Below are positions 10,560 through 20,338 of a DNA stretch of 64,000 nt, piece by piece. Under the pieces are notes generated by a model. The model was not told the DNA's origin. It did no database searches and saw nothing but the letters and a program-made list of their open reading frames with translations. The translations under genes were made by a program, and so were the position numbers. Each line of letters begins with the position of its first letter. Positions within the stretch are counted from its first letter, which is position 1. The stretch comes from Candidatus Adlerbacteria bacterium GW2011_GWA1_54_10. GTDB lineage: Bacteria; Patescibacteriota; Minisyncoccia; Phycocordibacterales; SBAW01. Location: assembly GCA_001004665.1 (NCBI GenBank), contig LCRO01000006.1, positions 444 to 64,443 on the forward strand, read 5' to 3'.

Positions 10560-10689
10560 GAGTTTATTTTAGCCTATCTTTTGATCCTATTCCACAAGGC
10601 TGTGGACAGCCACACGGCCAGCACGGTGATTGTTCGATCATAAAATTTTTAAATGGCTAATAATTTCGAATTATACCCGAAGATAGAAC

Positions 10690-10719
10690 TTGACGCAATA
10701 TACCCTATGGGGGTATTGT
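10690..10719 (+). promoter_or_regulatory. csoR-copA promoter with CsoR operator ATACCCTATGGGGGTAT (10700-10716)
   Basis: -35 TTGACG at 10690-10695 and -10 TATTGT at 10714-10719. A GC-rich pseudopalindrome between them closely resembles the B. subtilis copZA CsoR operator, as I recall it. Confidence 0.65.
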
Positions 10720-10728
10720 GGACTGCGT

Positions 10729-11001
10729 ATGCGTCCGGACATAAAGAAAAAGACGCTCCGGCGCTTGAACCTGGTGAGAGGACAGCTCGGCGGACTTATA
10801 AAAATGGTGGACGCCGAGCGCTATTGCGTGGACATAATCACGCAGTCGAGCGCGATAAAAGAGGCGCTCTCCGGCGTCGAGAATCTCGTGCTTGAGAATC
10901 ATCTTGCGACGCACGTTCTGCGGCAAATGCGCGGCGGACGGGAGAAAAAGGCCTCCGCGGAGATACTAAAAATTTACAAGCTAGCGCAAAAGAAAAAATA
11001 A
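10729..11001 (+). CDS. csoR: copper-sensing transcriptional repressor CsoR (CsoR/RcnR family)
   Basis: About 90 aa with the conserved C..H..C metal-ligand arrangement (YCVDIITQ ... H..) and the helical bundle pattern. Directly upstream of copA. The start was moved from the ORF-track 10690 to the internal Met at 10729. Confidence 0.8.
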   Translation: MRPDIKKKTLRRLNLVRGQLGGLIKMVDAERYCVDIITQSSAIKEALSGVENLVLENHLATHVLRQMRGGREKKASAEILKIYKLAQKKK

Positions 11002-11004
11002 CAT

Positions 11005-13203
11005 ATGGACTGCTGCCACGACGACTTCCATAAGTCCAAAAATCCGACAGATGCGGAAGTTATCTACACCTGCCCCATGCATCCGGAGGTGGTCAAAAAC
11101 GCGCCGGGCAAATGCCCGGGATGCGGCATGGATTTGATACCCGTGGAATCCGGGTCGCACGCCGGCCACGACATGCAGAAGATGAGTCATGAGGATCATG
11201 ACGCGGCGATGACCAATCCGCAGATAGCCAAGAAGATGGAAAAAGACATGCGGCGGCGATTTTTGATTTCACTCCTGCTTTCAATCCCCATTTCCCTCTA
11301 TTCGCCGGCTGCCATCAATTTTTTTGGTCTGCATTTGCCGTCGCCGATTCCGGTGAATTGGCTCCTCCTTATTCTCACCACTCCGATCGTGTTCTGGACC
11401 GGCTCCATCTTCATCACCGGCACGTACTATTCTCTCAAGGCGAAGAAGCTGAACATGGCGGTCCTTATTGCCACGGGCGTGCTGGCCGCATACCTTTTCA
11501 GCGTCCTCATTACGGTTATCAGGCCCGGTTCGGAGACGTTTTATGAGGCGGCGGCTCTTTTGGTCACATTCGTACTATTTGGTCACTGGATGGAAATGCG
11601 CTCGCGCCGCGGAACGTCCGACGCCCTGCGCGCCCTCTTCGATCTCGTGCCGCCGAAGTCCATGGTCGTCCGCGACGGCAAAGAGGTGAGCGTCCCGAGC
11701 GCGGAAATCGTCCACGGCGACATTGTTGTTTTGCGTCCGGGTGACAAAGTGCCGGTCGACGGAGAAATAGTCGAGGGCGAAACATCCATCGACGAGTCAT
11801 TGGTGACCGGTGAGTCCATGCCCGTCAACAAAGCCGTAGGCGCGAAAGTGGTGGGAGGGTCGGTGAACATCACCGGCATGGTGAAGTTCAGGGCGACGAA
11901 GGTGGGGTCCGAGACAGTATTGGCGCACATCATAAAAATGGTCGAGACCGCGCAAAATTCCAAAGCGCCCGGCCAACGCATTGCAGACAGGGCGGCGGGG
12001 TGGCTGGTCGTGATTGCCATAGGTTCCGGACTTCTTGCCTTCTTCGGTTGGTACTTCTTTGCCGCCGCGGGCCTTCTTACCGCGCTAACTTTTGCCGTCT
12101 CTACTGTAGTAATTGCGTGCCCAGACGCACTCGGGCTCGCTACGCCAACGGCGGTCGCCGTCGGCACTGGCATTGGGGCAAAGCACAACATACTAATTAA
12201 AGACGCGACGACTCTTGAAAACACATCCAGACTGACAGCGATAGTGCTCGACAAGACCGGTACTCTAACGGAAGGAAAACCCAAGGTGACTGAAGTCGTC
12301 GCGGGGCCGGGGTACGAGCGGCGCGACATATTATCGTTTGCCGCCGCGGCCGAGAAGGGCTCCAATCATCCCGTAAGCGCCGCAATTCTGGAGGAAGCGC
12401 AAAAAAGCGGTGCTATATCGGACGAAAAAACGGAGAAATTCGAGTCAATAAGCGGTCACGGCGTTAAGGCCGTCGTCGGCGGCAAAAAAGTGCTCGCGGG
12501 CACGGAGAGGCTTATGCGGCAGGATGGCATAGACCTTTCGCCCATACAGAAAGAAATTGGCCGACTGCTTGCAAGCGGCAACACCATCAGTATTGTCGCC
12601 GTGGAAGGAAAAGCGGCGGGCGTAATTGGCGTAGCTGACACCATCAGGCCGACGGCCAAAAAGTCCATTGCCGCGCTCAAAGCTCTCGGGCTTGAGGTCG
12701 CTATGATAACCGGAGACCACGAGCAGGTCGCAAAGGCAGTTTCAAACGAGCTCGGCATAGACCGATACTTCGCGCAGGTGCTCCCCGAGGACAAGGCCAA
12801 GTACGTCAAAAAACTCCAAGACGAGGGCAAGTTCGTGGCGATGGTGGGGGACGGCATCAACGACGCGCCGGCGCTGGCGCAGTCGGACATAGGCATCGCA
12901 ATTGGCGCGGGTACTGATGTCGCCATAGAGACCGGTAATATCGTTTTAATGAAGTCTGACCCGTACGACATAGTTGCCGCGCTCCGCCTAAGCAAGGCTA
13001 CGGTCGTCAAAATGAAGCAGAATCTTTTCTGGGCGGCAATCTATAACGTCCTTGCGATTCCCGTTGCGGCTGGCGTGTTCTATACTTCTTTCGGCTGGTC
13101 GCTAAGGCCGGAGATAGCGGCCCTACTTATGTCCGCGTCGTCAATAATCGTCGCCTTGAATGCGGTCCTGCTAAAGCGCGTTGAACCGCGCCTCAAGGTA
13201 TAG
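11005..13203 (+). CDS. copA: copper-translocating P1B-type ATPase
   Basis: N-terminal Cys-rich metal-binding domain (CPMHPE ... CPGCGM), TM CPx motif (CPDAL), DKTGTLT phosphorylation site, HP motif (SNHPVS), GDGINDAP hinge. Confidence 0.9.
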   Translation: MDCCHDDFHKSKNPTDAEVIYTCPMHPEVVKNAPGKCPGCGMDLIPVESGSHAGHDMQKMSHEDHDAAMTNPQIAKKMEKDMRRRFLISLLLSIPISLYSPAAINFFGLHLPSPIPVNWLLLILTTPIVFWTGSIFITGTYYSLKAKKLNMAVLIATGVLAAYLFSVLITVIRPGSETFYEAAALLVTFVLFGHWMEMRSRRGTSDALRALFDLVPPKSMVVRDGKEVSVPSAEIVHGDIVVLRPGDKVPVDGEIVEGETSIDESLVTGESMPVNKAVGAKVVGGSVNITGMVKFRATKVGSETVLAHIIKMVETAQNSKAPGQRIADRAAGWLVVIAIGSGLLAFFGWYFFAAAGLLTALTFAVSTVVIACPDALGLATPTAVAVGTGIGAKHNILIKDATTLENTSRLTAIVLDKTGTLTEGKPKVTEVVAGPGYERRDILSFAAAAEKGSNHPVSAAILEEAQKSGAISDEKTEKFESISGHGVKAVVGGKKVLAGTERLMRQDGIDLSPIQKEIGRLLASGNTISIVAVEGKAAGVIGVADTIRPTAKKSIAALKALGLEVAMITGDHEQVAKAVSNELGIDRYFAQVLPEDKAKYVKKLQDEGKFVAMVGDGINDAPALAQSDIGIAIGAGTDVAIETGNIVLMKSDPYDIVAALRLSKATVVKMKQNLFWAAIYNVLAIPVAAGVFYTSFGWSLRPEIAALLMSASSIIVALNAVLLKRVEPRLKV

Positions 13204-13224
13204 TATTTTGTAAATAATGGAAAA

Positions 13225-13728
13225 ATGAGATATCCTGATACAATGAAATATTCTGCGGCGGTGCTCATTATTGCGCTTCTTTTCGTCGGCGTGGCGGGTC
13301 CTTTGGGAATAGGTCCCTCGATGTGGGGCCATAGTGAAGGCTGTTTCGCATCCATTGAGACACCGTGCCCCATGGAGCTGTTCGCATCCGCGATACACCA
13401 TGTCTCGGCGTTCACGGCGCTTGCAAGCGTACCGCTTTTCCTCGCGCTTACTCTACTGCTTCTTTTTGCGCTTGTGTTTTACGCGAAGTTTTTGGAAATT
13501 CCGCGGCTTTCTCCCGCTTCCGCGCCGCTCTGGAGAGCAATAGACTATAGTTTCGGCACGCCGCGTGCGCTTTTGCGCGCGCTCGCACGCCTCGAGCACA
13601 GCCCCCCCGCCGTCAGTAACGGGCTGTTATTCGTCTATGTAGAAAACAAAAATGAACAAAACGACAATAATCACAGGCATACTGGCCACGCTCGCTATTG
13701 CGGGGCTCCTGTTCTGGGGACGCACTAA
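13225..13728 (+). CDS. hypothetical membrane protein with a Cys/His-rich N-terminal region
   Basis: Signal/TM segment followed by HSEGCFASIETPCPMELFASAIHH. It overlaps the next gene by about 77 nt, so the 3' end is uncertain. Confidence 0.4.
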   Translation: MRYPDTMKYSAAVLIIALLFVGVAGPLGIGPSMWGHSEGCFASIETPCPMELFASAIHHVSAFTALASVPLFLALTLLLLFALVFYAKFLEIPRLSPASAPLWRAIDYSFGTPRALLRALARLEHSPPAVSNGLLFVYVENKNEQNDNNHRHTGHARYCGAPVLGTH

Positions 13729-14155
13729 CGGGGCCTTCACCGGCCCGCAATCCGGAATAAGTTCAGGTGCCGCCGTTCTTACCGCAGAAAAGAACTTCTA
13801 CGACTTCGGTGTCATCTCGATGAAAAACGGCGTCGTAAGCGCCACCTTCAACGTCAGCAACAAGACAAGTGCGGACGTGCTTGTCACCGACATAGTAACC
13901 TCGTGCATGTGCACTGCCGCGTATGTCGTGGGCGAGGGCGAGAAGATAGGGCCGTTCGGCATGCCGGGGCACGGCGGGCCGGCGCCTAAAGCCAATGTGA
14001 CCATTCCTGCAGGCGGTAGCAAAACAATAGAGGTCCAATTCGATCCTAACGCTCATGGCCCATCGGGCGTGGGGCTGATACAGCGCGTTGTCTCCTTGAC
14101 CGAATCGGGCGGCGGTACGCTCGAGCTCGGCATCAAGGCCAACGTGACTCCATAA
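13652..14155 (+). CDS. DUF1573 domain protein (exported, Ig-like fold)
   Basis: Signal anchor, then FYDFGVI..G..V...F.V.N.G...L.I..V.TSCMCT, which is the DUF1573 pattern. Confidence 0.65.
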   Translation: MNKTTIITGILATLAIAGLLFWGRTNGAFTGPQSGISSGAAVLTAEKNFYDFGVISMKNGVVSATFNVSNKTSADVLVTDIVTSCMCTAAYVVGEGEKIGPFGMPGHGGPAPKANVTIPAGGSKTIEVQFDPNAHGPSGVGLIQRVVSLTESGGGTLELGIKANVTP

Positions 14156-14162
14156 TTGAACT

Positions 14163-14945
14163 ATGAAGAAGATACTGATAATGGGCGGAGTCGTACTTGC
14201 GGCCATAGTCGGCATACTTGCGCTTAAGTACGCCCCGCAGACCTCGCAGTTAATATGGGACGCAAGCGGCGGCGGCGCATGGCTCTTGCCTCTTGTACTT
14301 GTGGCCGCTTTGCTCGACAGCGTGCCCCCGTGCTCGTTCTCCATCTTGCTCATTACTATCGCGTTCCTCTTCGGGATGCAGTTAAGCCGCGGGCACATTC
14401 TGCGCATCGGCGGCGCGTACGTTGCGGGCATATTTGCCTCTTACCTGCTCATAGGGCTCGGCGCTCTGCAGGTTCTGCACTTGTTCAATACGCCGCACTT
14501 CATGGGCAAACTGGGCGCGGCACTTCTTGTTGCGTTTGGCATTATCAACTTAATAAACGCGCTCTTTCCGTCCTTTCCGCTAAAACTGAAGATACCTTCA
14601 GTGTCGCACGGCGCGATGGGAAAGCTGATGGAGCAGGCGTCCCTGCCAGCGGCATTCCTGCTCGGCGGCCTTGTCGGCATATGCCAGTTCCCGTGCATGG
14701 GAGGCCCATACCTAATGGTCATAGGGCTCTTGCACGACCAATTAACTTACTTCGCGGGCGTCGGATATCTTGTACTCTATAACCTCATCCTTGTCCTGCC
14801 GCTCGTTGCGGTGCTTTGGTTCGCCGCCGACAAAGCGGTGGTGGACAAAGTTGCGGAGTGGAAGCGTATAAATCTGCGGCAGGTGCGGCTTTGGGCTGGA
14901 GTCGCGATGCTTATTCTCGGCCTCCTTATAATATTCATCATTTAA
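14163..14945 (+). CDS. CcdA/DsbD-like thiol-disulfide transporter membrane protein (putative)
   Basis: Polytopic membrane protein with Cys inside TM segments (VPPCSF and CQFPCMGGPY), as in the cytochrome c biogenesis/DsbD family. Confidence 0.5.
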   Translation: MKKILIMGGVVLAAIVGILALKYAPQTSQLIWDASGGGAWLLPLVLVAALLDSVPPCSFSILLITIAFLFGMQLSRGHILRIGGAYVAGIFASYLLIGLGALQVLHLFNTPHFMGKLGAALLVAFGIINLINALFPSFPLKLKIPSVSHGAMGKLMEQASLPAAFLLGGLVGICQFPCMGGPYLMVIGLLHDQLTYFAGVGYLVLYNLILVLPLVAVLWFAADKAVVDKVAEWKRINLRQVRLWAGVAMLILGLLIIFII

Positions 14946-14954
14946 CAGAAAACT

Positions 14955-15122
14955 ATGATCGTCAGATCACGATTCAAATTGGGAGACGCGATCGCGAGGG
15001 TCGCAAAGATTCTCCGCATCCCGCATTGTCAAAATTGTGAAAAGCGCCGGCTCATTCTAAATGAAATTCAAACGCTGGGCGTAAAAGAAACAATCAAAAG
15101 ACTAGAGGATTGCTGCGAATGA
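14955..15122 (+). CDS. small Cys-containing protein (55 aa), hypothetical
   Basis: Manual translation gives MIVRSRFKLGDAIARVAKILRIPHCQNCEKRRLILNEIQTLGVKETIKRLEDCCE. It fills the gap between neighbouring genes but is below the ORF-track cutoff. Confidence 0.35.
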   Translation: MIVRSRFKLGDAIARVAKILRIPHCQNCEKRRLILNEIQTLGVKETIKRLEDCCE

Positions 15123-15126
15123 AAAT

Positions 15127-15807
15127 ATGAGAACGGACATAATATTGCCGACGGCAATTCTTGTTTTTGCGACATTGGCGCTCGCGGTCTTCGCTCCGCC
15201 TCCACAACCCGCAGGTGTTGCCCATGCGCAGGAAGTTACTTTGCCCGCAATTTGGGGCAATTTGGGCGCGCGGCTTGTCGAGCTTGGGATTATAGACCCT
15301 CAAAAAATGAGAGAGTTGTATGGTACAAGCTGGAACGAAGAGTATGAGAGATTGCTTACTGGGGAGAGCGGCGCGCTTGTGATGTCGCAGGAAAATTCGG
15401 GCTACCTGCTTAACCTGCTGTGGGCGCTCGGGCTCGCGAACAAAAATCCGATACTCGAGGATGAGACCGAGATGATGAACCCGGCCTATGGGTCCCCAAG
15501 CCGCTTTGCCTCGACCGGCGGATGGACCCTTGCCGCAGGAGACGCGATGGATCATTACGACATACACGAGTTTATAATCCTGACGCAGGAGCAGCAGCGG
15601 CTAGTAGATAAAATCTCGCGAAAGGTCTTCCGCCCGTGTTGCGGCAACTCCGCGCACTTTCCGGACTGCAATCACGGGATGGCAATGCTCGCACTGCTCG
15701 AGCTTATGACATCGCAGGGAGTACAGGAGAGGGAGTTATATAGCACTGCAAATATCGTAAATTCATTCTGGTTTCCGGAGGAGCACCAAAGCTCCTGCAG
15801 TGCATAA
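15127..15807 (+). CDS. hypothetical exported Cys-rich protein
   Basis: Signal peptide, then a domain with CCGNSAHFPDCNHG and a C-terminal SSCSA. No family recognised. Confidence 0.5.
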   Translation: MRTDIILPTAILVFATLALAVFAPPPQPAGVAHAQEVTLPAIWGNLGARLVELGIIDPQKMRELYGTSWNEEYERLLTGESGALVMSQENSGYLLNLLWALGLANKNPILEDETEMMNPAYGSPSRFASTGGWTLAAGDAMDHYDIHEFIILTQEQQRLVDKISRKVFRPCCGNSAHFPDCNHGMAMLALLELMTSQGVQERELYSTANIVNSFWFPEEHQSSCSA

Positions 15808-15836
15808 CCACGCATTGCATGGTTTATACTTGACGC

Positions 15837-16916
15837 ATGGGACATACTCCGTCCGCTTGCGGCAATTTGCGTGCGCGCGGCTTCACTCTTATAGAGCTTT
15901 TGGTCGTAATATCCATAATTTCTCTGCTTGCCGTCATACTTACCGCCTCTCTTATGACCGCGAGGCAGAAAGCTCGCGACACGCGGCGCCTTACGGATAT
16001 AAAGACCATAGCGAACGCACTCGAATTCTATAACATGGACGAGGGGCACTATCCGATAGCGACGGAGTGGGCTACCGGTTGCGGACACGCGGGCTCCAGC
16101 TGGATTCCGGACGGGGATAATTACGACTGGAGCACCGAATACCTGCCCGATATGCCGCGAGATCCGTCCGAAAACTGCTCTGCGCTCAATCAGCATACCT
16201 ATGCGTATTGGAGCGACGGATCGAATTATCAGATAACCACCCAGCTTGAGAGTTCCGTTCCTCCCGACACCGGCGGTAATAATTATTCTTTCGACGGCAC
16301 CTCGTTCCAGCCGTTTATCGATACGGCGCCATTTACGGCGGCTTTTTCCTCGCTGGCTCCGGATCCTACCAATCAATCGCCCATACCCATAGTTGTTTCT
16401 TTCGCGCGGTCGGTAGTAGACTTTACGCAATCCAGCGTTTCCGTTGTGCGCGGGTTCGTCAGCGGTTTTTCTCCGGTACTCGCCACGCTGTATAATATCT
16501 TCGTCACTCCGACCGACAACGACCCCATAATAGTGAGCCTAAGCGGCGGCGCAGTGCACGACGAAAGCGGCGTCGGCAACGCCCCGGCGCAGTTCACTAT
16601 CACGTTCAATTCGCTCCTGCCTCACCCGGCGCTTTCTCCGGACCCTTTTCCGATGACGGTTTCGGCGCCGTTTTCGGTAGACGTCAACTTCACCTTGCCG
16701 GTTGTCGATTTTTCCGCGGGAGACATAAACGTGCAAAACGGAACGGTCGACAACTTCTACGAGACCGCGCCGATGGACGGCACCAATTACACCTTGACGA
16801 TCACTCCGACGAGCGCCGGAGAAGTTGCCGTGTATATTCCGTCTGATGTCGCCCATAGCGCCGCTGGGAACGGCAATGTCGCCTCAAACACCATCAGTAC
16901 GGATTTCAACCCCTGA
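15837..16916 (+). CDS. type IV pilin-like protein (prepilin N-terminal cleavage/methylation motif) with a large Ser/Thr/Pro-rich C-terminal domain
   Basis: GFTLIELLVVISIISLLA class III signal peptide followed by a ~300-aa non-globular/beta-rich region. Confidence 0.75.
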   Translation: MGHTPSACGNLRARGFTLIELLVVISIISLLAVILTASLMTARQKARDTRRLTDIKTIANALEFYNMDEGHYPIATEWATGCGHAGSSWIPDGDNYDWSTEYLPDMPRDPSENCSALNQHTYAYWSDGSNYQITTQLESSVPPDTGGNNYSFDGTSFQPFIDTAPFTAAFSSLAPDPTNQSPIPIVVSFARSVVDFTQSSVSVVRGFVSGFSPVLATLYNIFVTPTDNDPIIVSLSGGAVHDESGVGNAPAQFTITFNSLLPHPALSPDPFPMTVSAPFSVDVNFTLPVVDFSAGDINVQNGTVDNFYETAPMDGTNYTLTITPTSAGEVAVYIPSDVAHSAAGNGNVASNTISTDFNP

Positions 16917-16920
16917 CCTT

Positions 16921-17400
16921 ATGGCGGTCATAAGCGCGGGACTCTTGATGTACCGGATGCGAAGCGGGCCCGAAATTTTGCTCGCGCACTATGGTGGCCC
17001 CTACTGGATAAAAAAAGACAAAGGCGCATGGGGCATACCCAAAGGACAAGCAGAAAGCGGCGAGAAGTCGCTGGAAGATTTACTGCAAGTTGCAAAGCGT
17101 GAGTTCGAGGAGGAAACAAGCTTCGAACCCCGCGGCGATTTTGAGTACCTAACCACAATTGAGCGTAGTGACGGTAAAAAAGTGCATGTTTGGGTGTTCG
17201 AGGGCGATGCCGATCTCTCGAAATTCAAAAGCAACACCATTGTAATGGAGTGGCCGCCGCGCTCTGGAAGGAAGATAGAAATTCCGGAGGTCGACAAAGG
17301 AGCCTTCTTTCGACTGGAAGAAGCCAAAGAGAAAATAATCCCATACCAGCTCGGCATCCTCGCCACCTTCGAGGAGTGGATAAAAAAGAAAGTGGTATAA
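16921..17400 (+). CDS. NUDIX hydrolase
   Basis: Nudix box GIPKGQAESGEKSLEDLLQVAKREFEEETS (G.5E.7REU.EE.GU). Start taken at the internal Met at 16921 rather than 16825. Confidence 0.8.
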   Translation: MAVISAGLLMYRMRSGPEILLAHYGGPYWIKKDKGAWGIPKGQAESGEKSLEDLLQVAKREFEEETSFEPRGDFEYLTTIERSDGKKVHVWVFEGDADLSKFKSNTIVMEWPPRSGRKIEIPEVDKGAFFRLEEAKEKIIPYQLGILATFEEWIKKKVV

Positions 17401-17407
17401 TACGAAA

Positions 17408-17677
17408 ATGCCGGTGCAGGATTATTATTGGAAGGGGTGGGAGATGGGATTCGGATTTCCCCTCTGGATTGCGCCCTTATTCCTTGCATTTATTTTGTGG
17501 AGTTTGTTTTGGAAGGGACTCGCTCTTTGGCATAGCTCGAGGCGTGGGCAGAACTGGTGGTTTATAGTCATGCTCGTAGTGAATACCGCCGGAATTTTGG
17601 AAATAGCTTATTTATTTGCAATTATCAAGCTTAAATTCGGAAAGCTCTTTAATCCGGAGCACCGCCGTTCGCATTAA
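17408..17677 (+). CDS. hypothetical small membrane protein (Trp-rich, 2 TM)
   Basis: 89-aa ORF with two hydrophobic helices. Confidence 0.45.
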   Translation: MPVQDYYWKGWEMGFGFPLWIAPLFLAFILWSLFWKGLALWHSSRRGQNWWFIVMLVVNTAGILEIAYLFAIIKLKFGKLFNPEHRRSH

Positions 17678-17696
17678 TCTTAAAATTATTTTTAAC

Positions 17697-17867
17697 ATGG
17701 CTAAGAATGGTCCGCGGGGCAAGGGGCGCGCAGGCGGGATAAAAAATCGCTCGCAGGTTCTCTCGCCGCGCAACAAGCGCTGGACCAAGGTTAATAACAA
17801 ATCCGGCAAGTTTATTGACCAGATGTCACGCAAGGGCAAGGCGTTCAAGAGCGTCAAGATGAAGTGA
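17697..17867 (+). CDS. small highly basic protein (56 aa), hypothetical
   Basis: MAKNGPRGKGRAGGIKNRSQVLSPRNKRWTKVNNKSGKFIDQMSRKGKAFKSVKMK. Lys/Arg-rich, possibly a nucleic-acid-binding or ribosome-associated protein. Confidence 0.4.
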   Translation: MAKNGPRGKGRAGGIKNRSQVLSPRNKRWTKVNNKSGKFIDQMSRKGKAFKSVKMK

Positions 17868-17887
17868 CAGTTTTATAAAATATCTTC

Positions 17888-18529
17888 ATGTTTAAGGACA
17901 GAGAGGATGCCGGCAAGCGCCTTGCCGAGCGGCTTTTAAAGTACGAGGGCGCGAATGCGACAGTGCTTGCGTTGCCGCGTGGCGGGGTGATCGTAGGCGC
18001 GGAAGTGGCGCGCGCTCTTGCACTGCCGCTCGATATAGTTGTGCCGCGCAAGGTGGGGTACCCCGGCAATCCGGAGTACGCCGTGTGCGCTACCGACGCG
18101 GAAGGCACCCTCGTATGCAATGAGCGCGAGACGGCCGACATAGACAAGGGGTGGTTAAAAAAAGAAATTGAGAAGGAACAGGAGGAAGCACGGCGGCGCA
18201 TCAGGTTGTATCGGGTGGATAAGGACCCGTTGGATATAAGAAATAAAATAGCGATCATTGTTGACGACGGCGTGGCGACCGGCCTTACCATGCGGCTTGC
18301 GGTGATGGCGGTAAAAAAACAGCACCCGCAAAAAATAATCGTTGCAGTTCCAGTTGCACCGTTTGAGGCCGTGCGCGCCCTGCGCGAAGACGCGGAGGTT
18401 ATCGTGCTTGAGCCGCCAGAGGACTTTTTGGGTGCCGTAGGCGCACATTACGGGTACTTTCCGCAAGTTGAGGACGCAGAGGTAATGGCTCTGCAACAAC
18501 AAAAAACGGCGGTACAATTTAAGCAATGA
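17888..18529 (+). CDS. phosphoribosyltransferase domain protein
   Basis: PRTase type I PRPP-binding motif IAIIVDDGVATGLTM, and an N-terminal region like predicted PRTases (ALPRGGVIVGAEVA). Confidence 0.75.
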   Translation: MFKDREDAGKRLAERLLKYEGANATVLALPRGGVIVGAEVARALALPLDIVVPRKVGYPGNPEYAVCATDAEGTLVCNERETADIDKGWLKKEIEKEQEEARRRIRLYRVDKDPLDIRNKIAIIVDDGVATGLTMRLAVMAVKKQHPQKIIVAVPVAPFEAVRALREDAEVIVLEPPEDFLGAVGAHYGYFPQVEDAEVMALQQQKTAVQFKQ

Positions 18530-19074
18530 AATACCACCGGCACGTAATGCAGGACTTGCTCGCCATTGTTGCGAGCATTGCGTTTTCCGTTGTCATAGTG
18601 CAGTACAGTCTGGTAGAGGTCGCTCTTGCGGCATCGGGCGGTGGGACCATTATTGCCAGTTTTGTCGCGGGGATGTTCTTTACCTCCGTTTTGACGACCG
18701 CGCCCGCGATTGCCGTACTCGGCGAACTCTCGTTGAAGGGAAATTTTTTATTGGTCGCGCTCATTGGGGGCGCGGGCGCGGTCGTCGGCGACTATTTTCT
18801 GTTCGCATTCGTACGCGACCGCATTTCGGGCGATGTCGCCCACCTGCTCAAGCGCAGGGCGCTCGGGCGCCTGCATGCGGTATTCCGCCGACCGACATTT
18901 AAATGGCTTCTGCCGTTCCTCGGCGGGCTTATAATAGCATCGCCCCTGCCGGACGAGATAGGGCTGGCTCTCCTTGGTTTCGCGCGGCTTACGACGCGCA
19001 TTTTTATACCCCTCTCTTTTGCATTTAACGCTTTTGGAATAATTCTAATATCACTGGTTGCGCGCTCTTTTTAA
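18526..19074 (+). CDS. hypothetical membrane protein
   Basis: Four or five predicted TM helices. No family recognised. Confidence 0.45.
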   Translation: MKYHRHVMQDLLAIVASIAFSVVIVQYSLVEVALAASGGGTIIASFVAGMFFTSVLTTAPAIAVLGELSLKGNFLLVALIGGAGAVVGDYFLFAFVRDRISGDVAHLLKRRALGRLHAVFRRPTFKWLLPFLGGLIIASPLPDEIGLALLGFARLTTRIFIPLSFAFNAFGIILISLVARSF

Positions 19075-19171
19075 TCCAAAAATCAAGAGATTGTCCGCAA
19101 TTGGATAGGGGAGGAGGAACCCGAGATGGAAGAATAGGTAATATAGATGGTATAGTGGCGTCATAGAAAAT

Positions 19172-20338
19172 ATGAGACGCGCATTTTTTGCAGCTGTTTT
19201 TATTTTGCTTTTTCCGTTTCCTGTCCTCGCGCAGTATAAACCCTTCGAGTTCTCCGGCTGGATACCTTATTGGAAGTCAGAGGCTGGCGTCGCCGAAGCG
19301 CGCGCGCATTTAAGAGAGCTCACGGAAATCAACCCTTTCGGTTACAGCATCAAGGCCGACGGCACCCTGCAGGACCTCGCGGGGCTCGACAAGGAATACT
19401 GGCAAACGCTTTTTGCCGACGCGCGCGTGGGGAAGGTGCGCATCATTCCAACTGCAATGTGGAGTGATGGCGCACAGATGGACAAGCTATTGCGCGACCC
19501 GGAATGGCGCAAAAACCACATACAAAATTTGTATGACCTGGTAACGCAAAACAACTTCGACGGGATAGACATAGACTACGAGGGCAAATGGGCGGAGACC
19601 AGGGTCTACTTTTCCGCATTTCTACAGGAGCTGTACAAGAAGATGGGGAATAAGTGGGTTATGTGCACCATAGAGCCGCGTACGCCGCTTGAGGCGCGCT
19701 ACGACACCGTACCGAAAAATATCGAGTATGCCAACGATTTTAAAGTCCTGAATAAAAATTGCGACCGCGTGCGCATAATGACGTATGACCAAGGCACAAT
19801 AGACATAAGGCTCAATCGCGCGCAAAACGGCAAGCCGTATATCCCGCTCTCGGACCCAAAGTGGGTGGAAAAGGTCATACAGCTTGCCGCGAAAGACATC
19901 TCCAAGAAAAAGATCGTAATAGGCGTCGGCACTTACGGCTATGAGTACGCTATTACGCCTCAAAGCTCCAGCTACGTATACGACAAGCAGTGGTCGCTCT
20001 CTCCGGCGTACGCTCTCGACTTGGCGCGCCAACTAAATCTCACTCCCCAGCGCAACAGCGCGGGTGAGATGAGTTTTACTTATCTTCCGGCGCTCGCGGG
20101 GCAGATCAACGCCGCGCAAACCCTGCCAAACCCCGAGCCGTTCAATCTTTCCACCTCGACGACGCCGCAGGCGGCGGCCGTGGCGCTCGCGTTCGAGAAG
20201 ATACGCATAATCTGGTGGAGCGACGCGCAGGCGATAAAGCAAAAAGTAAACTTGGCACGCAAGCTCGGGGTGCGCGGGGTGGCAATATTCAAGCTCGATG
20301 GCAGTGCGGACCCGCAGACGTGGAGCGTGCTAAAATAG
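19172..20338 (+). CDS. secreted glycoside hydrolase family 18-like protein
   Basis: Signal peptide plus the GH18 catalytic motif FDGIDIDYEG (DxxDxDxE). Confidence 0.7.
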   Translation: MRRAFFAAVFILLFPFPVLAQYKPFEFSGWIPYWKSEAGVAEARAHLRELTEINPFGYSIKADGTLQDLAGLDKEYWQTLFADARVGKVRIIPTAMWSDGAQMDKLLRDPEWRKNHIQNLYDLVTQNNFDGIDIDYEGKWAETRVYFSAFLQELYKKMGNKWVMCTIEPRTPLEARYDTVPKNIEYANDFKVLNKNCDRVRIMTYDQGTIDIRLNRAQNGKPYIPLSDPKWVEKVIQLAAKDISKKKIVIGVGTYGYEYAITPQSSSYVYDKQWSLSPAYALDLARQLNLTPQRNSAGEMSFTYLPALAGQINAAQTLPNPEPFNLSTSTTPQAAAVALAFEKIRIIWWSDAQAIKQKVNLARKLGVRGVAIFKLDGSADPQTWSVLK

